From Antedon mediterranea (taxonomy: Eukaryota > Animalia > Echinodermata), in the NCBI RefSeq assembly GCF_964355755.1, contig NC_092671.1, positions 13,330,001 through 13,394,000 of the forward strand: 64,000 nucleotides of DNA. Direction: 5' to 3'. The notes beneath the pieces are model-generated. The model worked only from the letters and a program-made list of their open reading frames with translations. It did not search any database and was not told where the DNA came from. The first letter of the stretch is position 1. Each line of letters begins with the position of its first letter. The translations under genes were made by a program, and so were the position numbers. Of the stretch, positions 15,501 to 27,789 are shown piece after piece.

Positions 15501-18500
15501 TGTGGAGCATCTCAAGATGAACAATTATGTAATATGTATACTGAAAAACGACCGGCTGGGAAATGTGAAGGATACATTCCTCCTAAAACCGGTAAGGATT
15601 GTTGTTATGTTCCAAATGTTCTCTTTGAATAGGGGTTGCACATTCTTGATTTACTTAATTGTTATGATACCTCTTTTTTCAGGATGGATGTTTGGTGATC
15701 CTCATCTTGAAACACTTGATGGACTAAACTTTACTTTTAATGGATTAGGAGAATACACACTTCTTGATGTGGATGATGGATTTATTGTTCTGCAAGGGAG
15801 AACTGAGAAGGTTGATGACACCCTAAATGCCACCATATTTACAGCATTTTCTGCACAGCAAGCAGAGTCTACAAAGGTATTACTCAGATTTGGAAGATCC
15901 ATTTAAACTTGATCAAATATTCAAATCACGCTCCCATAATGCCATTTTAACACTGTGTAACAATATTTCTGCAAATATGTTTTTTTTATAGTTTCAAATA
16001 GTGTTAAAAGGAAGTAGTGACTTTGAAGTTATTCTCAATGAGACAGATTCCATTAATCGCACTGATATCACAACTGGTAAAAAGAATTATATTATTACAT
16101 ATTTTGTACAGTGTATTAGTTGTGAAATGATTGTATTAACTACCAATGGTGACTTGAATTATCTCCATAACTATCAACTAATTTCATGGCGGGAAAACAT
16201 TTTTAGGAAGATTGCATGAAAGTAATAATAATATGTAGGCTACTGATTAATAATTTATTACACTGCTTTTAACAGGTCCTTACGTTCCACCAGAAGATCC
16301 TAATTTTTCTGTACAACTAAAAATCGATGATAACAATAAAGAATACATTGTGGCATTATGGTCTTCTAAATTTGCAATATCGGTCTCCCCACTCTTCAAC
16401 ATGTTGGAAATTGTGGTGTCAACTCCTGACAGATTTATGAACAAAACAATAGGTTTACTGGGTAAGGTAGTAAGAAGTTTGTTTATTATAAATGTTTATT
16501 TGGAGTGCAGTAGAACAGAATGCATCAAGAACTTTCTCTCATAGAGTATAGATTCTCTGACATATGTAAAAACGAAGCCATCGATTTAGTTTGATTTAGG
16601 CTTAATCACATGATATATTATGTTCAAACAATGACAAGTTTGTTTTTGTTTATTCTGCATAGTTAAATATAAATTGTTACTTTCAAAAAATAGGAGTTTG
16701 GAATGGTAACACAGACGATGATTTCACATACAAGAATGGAGATATTTTGCCAAAAGATAGTAGTGAACAAGAAATATTCGATTATGGAGAAACTTGTAAG
16801 TTAAATTAAGTTTTAAATGTTGATACTGATATCAGTTTCATGTTATTATTTAAACAAAGTTAAAATGTTTTTAGACAATAATTATTTTTTGTATAATACT
16901 ATTTTCAGTTTAATATACACAAGGGGAAAGTTAACATGTATTAGATAATAATTACTTATTGTATAATATTATTTTCAGGGAGAACAACACCAGAGACTTC
17001 TCTATTTTATTATACACAAGGGGAAACTTGGAATACTTATAATAATGTTCAGTTTGTACCAGTTTTTCTCGACGACTTAATGTCTTCCATGGAAATTGGA
17101 AGTCAAGCTAATTTTACTGATATATGTGGAGAGGACGTTAGTTGTCTGTATGATGGGTTAGTGACAGGAAACATGGACATTGCTATGAATACAAAGACTA
17201 CCAATGATGTAAACAAAGATACTGCTGATAAACTTGGTAAATGTGTGGGCTTTGTTTTCATTGAAAAGTAGGAAACATCGTTTATATGTATGATATAAGA
17301 TGATTATATTTACATTTAGTAGTGTTGTTACATGATAATTGTATTACGTATCATTACAGAGAACTTTCCTCCGAGTATAGTTAACGGACCACGGGAATTG
17401 AGGGTAGAGGTAAACCAATCAGTTAATTTGAATATCACAGCAATTGACCCAGAAGGGAGCATTGTATCCTATTCTTTGCTGACGTCTTCAGAAGAAGCGA
17501 ACATTGACATAGACTGTAAGTAATATTAAAAAATTAGATTGTTTTGTGAATAATCCTTGGAAACTAATATGAAAGTAAATGTGAAAAAGAAGCTATAAGT
17601 CTTACTGACAATTAATGTATTTAATCAATCTGAAAGCTGACTCTATCCTCTTTTATTTTTCTTGATCAGCTGGACTCTTTACTTGGACTCCGTTCAATAG
17701 TTCCGTGACGCAAATTACGTTCATCGCTACTGATGATAAATCTGCAACAGTAGCTCTTCAGCCAATCATTTATTTGTGTGAATGCCACAATGGCGGGATA
17801 TGCAACTATAACCAGCAAAGATCTGAATCTGATATAAATGTTGATAAGTTTGCTGTAAGTACGATATCGTTAATGTCCTTTCCGTCATAGTTTCAAAAAT
17901 TTCAAATTGTTGTCAAGAATTCGTTTTACAATCATATTGTTTTCTTTGTAGCTTGTTGAATGTGTGTGTCCTCCTGGGTATGTTGGATCTGATTGTGGGA
18001 CGGTCTATGATGCATGTGCAGACAACTATTGCTACCCAGGCGTCACATGCATTGACAGGCCTCCACCTGCTGTAGATGCTACATGCTCAGCTTGTCCTAC
18101 AGGTTTTGATGGTACTGGAGTGAAGTGTTGGGGTATGTAAACATAGTTTTTATTTATATACATCCGAATAATATTATCTGCTTACAATGACTCAAACGAC
18201 AGACTGTGTGAGAAGGCATTAGTTTCAGACTTTCCTCTCTGTGCCATCTTGTTTTTCTAGGCAAGATGAAACGAACATTGCTTCATCTGAATATGTGACA
18301 TCCTTTAGTATTAAGTGTTTTCATGTGTATTTCAGATGTTGATGAGTGTATGAATGTAGACAACAATTGTCAACAGGGTTGTCAGAATACAGCTCCTGGA
18401 TATGAATGTTACTGCTTTGTCGGCTACAGACTACAACAACTTAATCAATCAAGTGAATGTGTCGGTAAGTTAAAAAAAACCTGCTGTTTTGTCAATAAAA

Positions 18501-21500
18501 CAATACATTCTCTACGTAAGAAGTGTTTTTTATTGTTATTCTATAACAATTTAAATTACACAATGTCATAAACAGTATTGCATATCCAAAAGGTACAATT
18601 ATTATTTGTATTGCAGATATCAATGAATGTGTAGGGTTGGCAATGAATAACTGTAGTAGTGATGCCGTATGTAACAACACAATTGGCTCATATCATTGCA
18701 CATGTAATGATGGTTATACTGGAGATGGATATACTTGTATAGGTATGATTTTAAGATTTTTTCTAACTGAATTTGATTGTGGATGTAAGCCTGATTTCTC
18801 TCACAAGCTCACGTTTAATTTTGACACACATAATCTAGTTGATTTCAGAGCTTGTATCAACTCAAATCACACATAATTCTGGACACAGTTCTTAAATCGA
18901 AGATTAGAATTAAAGCGCTTTCGCTTACAACTGTTATTTTTTAATTTTCAATTGTTACTGACTTAATTACAGATATAAATGAATGTTTCATTACAAATGG
19001 CTGCCATGAATATGCTACTTGTGAAAATATAATTGGTTCTTACATGTGTGAATGCCGAACAGGATTTATAGGAGATGGATTCAACTGTATAGGTAACAAA
19101 CAACCTTATCATTATCGTATAATAATAATACAAACAATAGGATTACTAACCTTTTTTTGTATGACAAATGTATAATTCTTGTAGGTTACTCATCTCAAGA
19201 TTTGACTTCTGTGCCTGTAAAATATATATATATATGTTGCTAGTTTAATTACAAAAGTTTCAATACATGAAAGATAAATTGAACAAGTTTACACATATAA
19301 TATCCTACTATCGTCTTATTTAGATATCGATGAATGTTCTACTGCCACCAACTTATGTGATACCTATTCTGTATGTACTAACACAAATGGATCATATAGT
19401 TGCGAATGCATTATTGGATTTACGGGTAATGGGACGTATTGTGGTGACATAGATGAGTGTCAATTAGCGATAAACGAATGTAACCGATTTGCCAGCTGTA
19501 GTAACGTTGAAGGAGGATATATGTGTAGTTGCATCGACGGTTATGAAGGGGATGGGAAAATATGTAACAGTAAGTACTTTATGGTAACAGTATAAAATCC
19601 CGCAAAAATGTTCACAATTTCCACAATTTGTGGAGTATGCCTATGGAGTGCAAACTCTGCCAAAATTCAAAAGTGAAACAAATGTTTTTGCTTTGTATAG
19701 AAATAGACGTGTGCCTTACAAAAGTGTGTCCAGAAAATTCAACATGTATTGAAGAAATCAACGATTGTAGATGTAACAGCGGATTCTACTATTTAGAAGG
19801 CATATGTGCTGGTAAGTTTAAAACTACTTTCGATAATTTATTCAAATTCTCGAACACAACAGATCATAGCATTTTTATCAATGTAAATGAATGACAAAAG
19901 TTAAAATCAGTGTAGGCCTATAGATTATATTTGTACCGTAATTTTTCAACAATTATGTTACGTTTGCTACTACAGATTTTGACGAATGCGCCGATAACAG
20001 AAACCTTTGCAAACCAGGTTCCACGTGTATAAATTCACCTGGAACTTATGAATGCAAGTGTGATGCAGGCTATATACAAAACCAAGATGAATGTGATGGT
20101 AACAAATCTAATATTATATTATAAACATAACATTATATTATCAAACAAGATGTTATTGACATAGAAACTGGTTTCTATAATAATAAGTAAAAGAAGAATG
20201 ACTTTTTCGTGTGATCAACGACAAAATGAAAACAAATAAAAGACTCAAATGAGTGAAATGTAATAAAATATATATTATATAATTATGGATGTTATTCCTA
20301 CAAAATGTTCATTTAAAATGCTTTATTTTCTTGTTTTCAGATATTGATGAATGTCTGTTAGGTATTAATGAATGTACTCAGGTTTGCACAAATGATGTTC
20401 CACTGTATCACTGTTCGTGTGAAGAAGGCTTTGAACTAGCACAAGATAGTGTCACATGCAATGGTGAGAACCTATTCACGATATGGATACAGAACAATAA
20501 AACGGTCTTTCCTTCTATTTATTAACATTTTTTTTACAGAATGTTGCTATTTATCTAATATTATTTTATGGTACGTTTATTCTTTAGCAACATCGCCATG
20601 TGATTCTAGTTGTGGATATGGAACATGTTACATTGAAAGTGAAGTTCATCGGTGTATGTGTGATTTGGGTTTTGAACTAGTGGGAAACTCAACATGCGAA
20701 GGTAAATATCAAGTGCATTAGTTATATTGCTTCAGCGACTGGCCATTTTTATCAAACAGATGACACAAATGTGTAATAATTTACACTCATCAAAATAATT
20801 GTTGGGTTTTCGTTTTGTAGATGTTGATGAATGTGTTGGCAATCATACCTGTGAAACGTTTTGTTCAAATACGATTGGTGGATATGATTGTAGCTGTTTG
20901 CCAGGTTATCAACTTGACTCTGATTTCAGAACGTGTAGTGGTGAGTATTATATGCTTAACTTTTCCAGCGTACACAATTTCAAACATAGTACCATACTAT
21001 GTTGTAATACCTTCTTCACAACATCTATCAAAGATGTCAATGGATTCCTTGATACCGACATTCTAGGTTAAAATTATTCATATTGTTATTGTGTCTATTT
21101 ATTCCAGATATTGACGAATGTTTAACTGAAAATAATTGTTCAGTGCTAGCAAATTGTAATAATACTGACAGTAGTTATAATTGTATATGTTCTGATGGGT
21201 ACACTGGTACAGGGTATGAATGCTACGGTAAGATAATACTCATATCTATTTTGATAAACATTCAATAGTTGAAAAACCACTTACTGTAGTAAACTTAATC
21301 TGTGTTGTTTATAATACTTTGATTGTACTTCACCTTTAGATATTGATGAATGTGAAAGTTATGCCTGTCCTAACAACAGTTACTGTCAAAATACCAACGG
21401 TTCATTTTCATGTGATTGTGAACCAGGATTTATAAAGAATAATGATTTATGTACAGGTAAATATAATGTAGTCTTACTGTAAAGTAAAAAGTATCTTAAT

Positions 21501-23168
21501 GTAAATACATTTTCCAAATCTAGATTGTGAACACCACTTAAAAAAATAAATCTGGCTATTTCTTGTTTTTAAATTGTTGCCTGTTTTCATACAGATTTTG
21601 ACGAGTGTACAGCGAGTGATCCATGCGACAATGGCAATTGTGTCAACTTTATCGGAGGATTCAAATGCGAGTGCCAACCAGGATACAATCCAGCTAACGA
21701 AAATGGCACAATATGTGAAGGTATGGTGTTTGCAGAGTAACATTCTGAACACCAAGATGGTAGTTACTACCGTATAGTAGGCATGCCAGACATGCGTTAC
21801 ATGAAATAATAATATTTTGACTTTTTCAGATATTGATGAATGTGCGAAACGTGAATGCCATTTGAACTCTACATGTATGAACATACCCGGTTCATTCATG
21901 TGCAGCTGTAATAATGGCTTCTATGGTAACGGATTCATGTGTCAAAATTATGATGAATGCTCTGATCCTAATACGTGTGACGTCAATGCAGTGTGCCGGG
22001 ACACTATTGGTTCATTTGTCTGCAGTTGCAGTGACGGGTATGCTGAAAGCACGAATGACACTTGCGTTGGTGAGTTTACCGTTTTGAACTTTATTGGTAG
22101 GTGTTCATTGGCGTTGGCAACAGCAATGCAGAACTGGAGTAACTGCTCTAAAGAATAGTGGAAAGAATTATCAAAATAAATATATAATTTGTTCATTTTC
22201 ACAATTTTGCAGATATAAATGAATGTGATTTATCAACATCTGTCTGTGATAAAAATGCAGACTGTTTTAACGAAAACGGTAGTTACTATTGCATGTGCAA
22301 AAAAGGCTACGATGGTTCTGACTATAGCGGTGATGACCAGAGTGTCTGTGTTAGTAAGTAGTATTTTAATAGTATATTTTAATCAATATTATTTTTGCGG
22401 TTGGTAATTGTCTGACTTACATTTATAAAAATCGACACAAAGAAAGTTATTATTCCACTTCTTATAAATAAGTCAATGTTTGTTTTCAGATATAAATGAG
22501 TGTTACCACGGTCTTGATGATTGTGACCAAAATGAAGCAACTTGTGTCGATACAGATGGTTCGTATGAGTGCTTTTGTAACCCTGGATTCGCTGGTAATG
22601 GAACACATTGTGATGGTATGTGGATGATTACCATAATGACCCCTGCTCTTTCTTTTAATGTTATAGAACATGAGTATGTTTCTATAATTAAACAGTGTAG
22701 CCTTTGGCAGTTTCTCTTATTTTATAACTAATGCATTTATTTCGGTTTTGTTTCAGATATTGACGAATGTGATGACAAACCATGTGACTCAAATAAATTT
22801 GAAAAATGTGAGAACACTTTTGGTTCTTACGAGTGTATTTGCCAAACGAGTTACTACCGTGATGATACAAGTCTACCATGCTCAGGTTTGTGTAACAAAA
22901 CTGTATTTATTATGTTAAAGGACACAGATCGTAGTAGAGCATTACTAATTAGAGCTTTATATTGCCTAAGCATTTTTAAAGCTCTTTAAGGAAAGAATTA
23001 TTTATTTTTCTCTTCTTACATTTTGTAGCTGCGATTACTCAAATGTTAAATGTTAATTTCACGGATGTTAAAGGCGTTAAAATCGGATCTAGTGACCAAG
23101 ATATGGATATTGATCAGGGCCAAGTAAGCCTAGCTGAAGATGTAAGTTAAAGTATTTTTTCACAATAT

Positions 23169-23199
<31 letters not shown>

Positions 23200-26100
23200 A
23201 CCAGCTTTTTGAAAAGTACAGTTTATATAACACTGGATAGATGTTTTCACTTCAAGAAAGATTTAGACATTCTGTATATAATTCTTTCTGAATGCTTCCG
23301 GATAACACGGAAATAAAATTTTTTTACAGGTGTTTGCTCTTTTCAATCGAAGTTCAGAAAGACAAGACTTCTTAGGTGTACAGATTTTATCATTTCAAGC
23401 TTTGCAGTCTGTTGTTGATGTAACATTCAGAATTGATCTCATCTCCGATACTAACTTGACAATCGATGATACAACAATCTTGTTCCTTGATGGTCTGGTA
23501 GGCACGAATAGAGATCGTCTTCCACCGGACAGTTATGTAGTCCTTAGCAGTTTATACGTAAATGTACCAAGTACGCAATTGTATTTGTTCTTTTTAATTG
23601 ATACCTATACTTTATTACAGAGTTTGTATGGTTGTTCATTATACTAATGTTTGCTAAGTACATACACATATATACATATACATCCATGCACTTGAGTATC
23701 AAAATAAATTAACCTGCTTGCGGTTTCTACATACATTAAACCACCCAAGTGTCTAATACATATAGGTATTACGAATTATGTAATTTGATGATCATTCAGC
23801 CCTCCATTAAAGATGTATAATAATAATTATTTAACATTTTTTTTGTTGAATTATGCCATTTTAATGTCACATAATAATACTTAATAGTTATTTACTTTGA
23901 CAAAAAATTTGATCGAAAACAACTGGAATTTAAAACAAAAAAATGGTGAAATTGGCTGCTAGCCAAGGGATTTTTGGTTGAATTTAACCACTTTTTATGT
24001 TATTTTATAAGTGAAAACATTTTTTTTCGGGTTTTTTTCTACGGAAGTGATTTTACTAAACTACAACATCAAAGTCTGAATTAATTAATCTTCATTTTTC
24101 ATGTTTTTGGGGGATAATACATCTTTAAAAACAATCATCCAATTTCCACAAAGGCTCTTGTTGTCTGTGCTTATCAACATGTCAAAATATTAAATACTGA
24201 TCTTAATATTTTTTGTTTTTTTTCTCCAACTACATTTTATAACTTCAAAATAAAGAAAAGAGCACAATTTTAGAATTTTTTTTTTCATTTTAAGTTATAA
24301 ATCCATGTGAAGAGGATTCCGATGATTGTTTACAAAGACATTTCCAGAAGTGTGTATTCAACGGGATCGGCAGAAATTACACATGCGCAGACTGTTTATC
24401 AGGATACACTGAATCTCAGGACAACAGCACATGTTTTGGTAATATTGGCATTATCAGCATTGAATAATTTATGTCTTACTTTAGTATTTTTGTCTACGTA
24501 TGTATATCTAAAAGTTACAGTATCAACCTGACCAACTCCTAATAATGTCTGAAAATAAAGATTGAAATAAAAATCCAACCTTCTTTTCCAGTTGGTGTTA
24601 TTTTTTTGTTCATGTGCATGTTTCACCTGTATTCATTCTTTTAATTGTTGTTGTCGTAGATGTCAATGAATGTGAACTGTCTCCATGTGATGGAAACCAT
24701 GAGGCAGGTTGTGTTAACCAAGATGGTAGCTATTACTGTACTTGTGATATTGGGTACACAAAACCAACAAATGATGGCAACTGCTCAGGTATTATTTTTT
24801 TATTTGTTTTTTTAGCCATAAGTAGTTCAATTCAAACTCTCAACGTGTCCATGTGATGGTTTAAGAATAACTATAGTGCTGCATATTCTAGAATCACAGT
24901 TTCGTAAGAGTGTTGTCACATGATTTTCTACTCCTTTAATATATATTGATACACGCAATGGTTATTAAAGGATGTATCTGTTGATTTATTTTAGATTAGT
25001 GTTGTATTTAATCACTGTATTAGTAATAAACATGTGATTCACAAATATTTAAATCTGGGAAAGAGGTGTAAGTTATAAAAATACAACTAGATTTACATCA
25101 TAATTATTGTAACTCTTCTTTTGCAGAATCAAAGACGTTTAGAGTTGAAGGAACTATTAACCGATTCAACAATGAAGTACAACCAGAGTGGACAAATGAT
25201 TTAAACAATACAGAATCAGCATTATATCAAAATTACTCATCAGTTTTGGCAGAGTTTGTAAGACGATTTTTCTTTTACATCCTATAACTCGATACAACAG
25301 TCTTGATCAAACAAGTTAATTACTTTACAATTATCTCAATTGTGATCTTAGCAACTGTAATGCTATCTATATCATTGTATTAAATCAAATTTTACATCTT
25401 GATTCGCAGATTACTGAAGCATTTGAGAATAATACTGAATACCTTGGAAACGACATAGTTGGTTTTCAAGAGGGTAGTATTATTAGCATATTCACTGTCT
25501 ACTTCAATGTTGGATCGTTAATCAACTATACAATGGTTCAACAAGAACTTCTGATGGCGACTGGTCTCATTGATTTTTCATCCGTCTCTGCAACATGTAA
25601 GTAGATTATTGCATTGTATACTGTTTATTCATTATAGGTAATGCAATACATAACATAAATAACGAAAACAGAACATACTTTTCCATAATTCACAACATAT
25701 TAAATATTTAATTGTGTCTTAATAATGTATGTTACATCTTTATGTAAATCGTTTATTAAATTCTTCACAAATAAAACATTTATTTTATTAATTTATGAAT
25801 GACATATTTCATTTATTTGAAATACTTTTAAGTTTTTATATTTATTTCATAAAACTGTTGATGTCTTGTTGTAGTGCTAGATATTTCATCTATTGGTAGT
25901 ATGTGTGAGGATTATTGTGAAAATGATGCGACATGTACTGAAATAATGCTAAAACCAATGTGCATGTAAGTATAACAATTCCTAATTTTAATTTTCTTAT
26001 TTTAATTTCATAAAAACAATAGAATATTATGTACTATTAATATACGTTTTTCAATAAATGTACATGCAAATACATTTTAACTATAAATCATTATAAATTT

Positions 26101-26470
26101 TATCATAGATGTTCTGATGGCTTTGAGGGAGTTCGTTGCAAAACAGGTAATATTTATTACAAAATATTTAAAAATACAAATCTACATTCGTCAGCATGGA
26201 GCTAGACAATTAGTTATGTTGGATTTTCTAGAATATTTTTCTTACTTCAATTATGCTTTTTAAATAAGGAAATACAGGGCCACTGTAGCTTAGTGAATTG
26301 GTGTATTATTTCTTATTCTGTATTTAAATCCAAATGAAAATTACTGAAAAAATGAAGTGGGTATTAATGACTGGAATGGAGATACAAAATAAAATAATGC
26401 AAACGGCTCAATAACGATAAAGTAACGATGTGGAGAGCTTTCATGCAACACTGCAGCCTTTTATCAGTGC

Positions 26471-26510
<40 letters not shown>

Positions 26511-27430
26511 TGTTTCCTATAGAATCTAAAGTACCATTGCCAGAGGATGCACCTGTACTTATCATTGTGCTTAGCATTTGCTGTTCTCTTCTTGTTGTCA
26601 TTCTTTTCGGTCTGATAACGTATTACATCATTGTCCGTCGTCGAAGTCGTGCAAGTGGCCGCAAGAGATCGCCGCTCGGATTATCAGTGTATAACCACCG
26701 TTACCACGATGACACATCATCAGTTGTTGCTAGTAGTACGAGTGGGGCTAGCAGTAGCATGCATAATAGAAGTGAGACAGATTGGTCAGAGTATGCCAGC
26801 ACAACGGTGGATGACAGAATGAAACATCTAGTTAATGTAATACGAAAGTCACCGTTCATTAATGTAAGTTTATTTATTATATTATTTAGCCGTATTCAGA
26901 TTCACTTTATTTTGTCGTGACACAATGACTGTAACATACTTGACTTTACTTAGGAGCGAATGAGAGCTAATTTCCCGACTGAGTTTACAATGCCATCGGA
27001 TCTTCAAGGAGAATTTATGAGACCATATGTTGCCACTGGACGTGAGGCTGAGCTGCTCGAGTCTGAGGTAATTATTTATTTCATTTTTTTTTTACATTCA
27101 TAATTCAGGAGGATGAATTTCTGTTGGTGTTGAGAATATTATTATTACATGTACCATTGCTATTGCTTTTAAATAAATCACTGCTTTTATAATCACTGAC
27201 ATTGTCAAATTCTGTACTTGCTGCGGTTTTAAAACTAATACATTATACTGAATACTTGTTTTCAATCAGTCTTTTAAATTCAACAATTGTTTTTGTAGGA
27301 GGACAGAACTTCTGTGATGGAACACGAGGTATACAGTAGAGCATTGCGATCAGTAACCGTACCACGAGCACATTTTGACCTAAAAAACAAGGGCCCTACC
27401 CGTCCTCACCTTAGTGACGATTATTTTTAG
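1..27430 (+). CDS. Giant transmembrane mucin-like protein (MUC4/SUSD2-type NIDO-AMOP-VWD core plus LDLa, CCP, ~25 EGF, 2 SEA, TM); 5'-partial, 48 coding exons in window
   Basis: Hand-spliced GT-AG exons: <2-9581, 9714-9839, 10265-10381, 10592-10765, 11487-11657, 12134-12247, 12480-12602, 12734-12879, 13498-13665, 13778-13930, 14186-14648, 15132-15314, 15472-15591, 15683-15876, 15992-16076, 16276-16461, 16694-16795, 16979-17236, 17360-17515, 17670-17854, 17952-18132, 18336-18464, 18617-18742, 18973-19092, 19324-19569, 19701-19811, 19976-20098, 20341-20463, 20588-20701, 20821-20940, 21108-21227, 21340-21456, 21595-21720, 21830-22069, 22213-22353, 22490-22615, 22757-22885, 23029-23141, 23330-23570, 24295-24438, 24660-24788, 25127-25257, 25410-25596, 25875-25965, 26109-26146, 26523-26863, 26954-27067, 27299-27430 (TAG). 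Lengths sum to 16857 nt (divisible by 3) and the splice phases match. Confidence 0.9.
9714..10381 (+). CDS. Mucin exons 2-3: two LDL-receptor class A repeats
   Basis: [39 protein letters not shown] and [37 protein letters not shown]: 6-Cys pattern with acidic DCxxxxDE motif; phase 1-1 exons. Confidence 0.9.
9850..9983. mobile_element. Short hairpin MITE (ggacgcaac...tgaccaatcac...gtgattggtca...gttgcgtcc family), copy 1
   Basis: Internal inverted repeats; similar to 34137-34282. Confidence 0.65.
10592..12602 (+). CDS. Mucin exons 4-7: two Sushi/CCP domains and two Ca-binding EGF domains
   Basis: [11 protein letters not shown]...[11 protein letters not shown]...[13 protein letters not shown]; [11 protein letters not shown]...[11 protein letters not shown]; [16 protein letters not shown]; [18 protein letters not shown]. 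Confidence 0.9.
10829..11398. mobile_element. Non-autonomous TIR element (MITE/fold-back) in mucin intron 4
   Basis: gcctcagctgtctgaagtattcgaaatagagtattat... at the left end is the reverse complement of ...ataatactctatttcgaatacttcagacagatgaggc at the right end. Imperfect complementarity extends ~95 bp. Confidence 0.8.
12734..17236 (+). CDS. Mucin exons 8-18: NIDO, AMOP and VWD domains
   Basis: NIDO motifs [55 protein letters not shown] motifs SCPC, GMQCCY, YYCC...CEGYIPP. VWD motifs [25 protein letters not shown] and [16 protein letters not shown]. Confidence 0.92.
14088..14141 (-). ncRNA. Minimal type I hammerhead ribozyme motif (Penelope-like-element type)
   Basis: Minus strand reads ttcgac CTGATGA gtgtgttagc cct gctagcaac GAAA caaatttg TA gtgaa: complete core, paired stem II, palindromic stem III, and stem I with one bulge. 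Confidence 0.7.
17360..22885 (+). CDS. Mucin exons 19-37: Ig/cadherin-like beta module, then ~20 tandem EGF/cbEGF domains
   Basis: ENFPPSI...ITAIDPEG...GLFTWTP...FIATDD, followed by repeated D(I/V)(D/N)EC...C.N..GSY.C.C..GY phase 1-1 exons. Confidence 0.9.
23029..26146 (+). CDS. Mucin exons 38-45: divergent SEA-like domain, 2 EGF, canonical SEA domain, juxtamembrane EGF
   Basis: Second SEA: [10 protein letters not shown]...[14 protein letters not shown]...[16 protein letters not shown]. The first is more divergent ([20 protein letters not shown]). Confidence 0.8.
23174..23195. repeat. (AAT)n microsatellite
   Basis: aataataataataataataat. Confidence 0.85.
26475..26506. repeat. (TA)n microsatellite just upstream of the TM-exon acceptor
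   Basis: About 16 TA units. Confidence 0.95.
26523..27430 (+). CDS. Mucin exons 46-48: single TM helix and cytoplasmic tail ending ...HLSDDYF*
   Basis: Hydrophobic [27 protein letters not shown] followed by stop-transfer RRRSR; in-frame stop TAG at 27428-27430. Confidence 0.88.
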
Positions 27431-27789
27431 TACGGTAAGTATTTTACAGATTTGAAGAATATAAACTCACACAAAATTAACCAAGGACATTTACGATGTT
27501 GTATAACTTTGTTGATGATAATGTTGTTGACAGGAGATACAACAGTGATGAGGGATAATTAACATTCTGTGATGTGATGGTGAAAGAGATGGTAAGGTGA
27601 CGCTAGTTATATGACAATAACAATAAGACATGGTGTAAGAGTACGATTAGTGTGGTAACACAAATCAATGTGATTATCGACTGAGGCAAAATGTTAATAT
27701 TGACAAGGGTAATTGAGGACAATTTCATAATATTTTGCTACAAAATAATTATCAATTATTTATCAACCTTTTTTCTTTTATTTTTCCAG

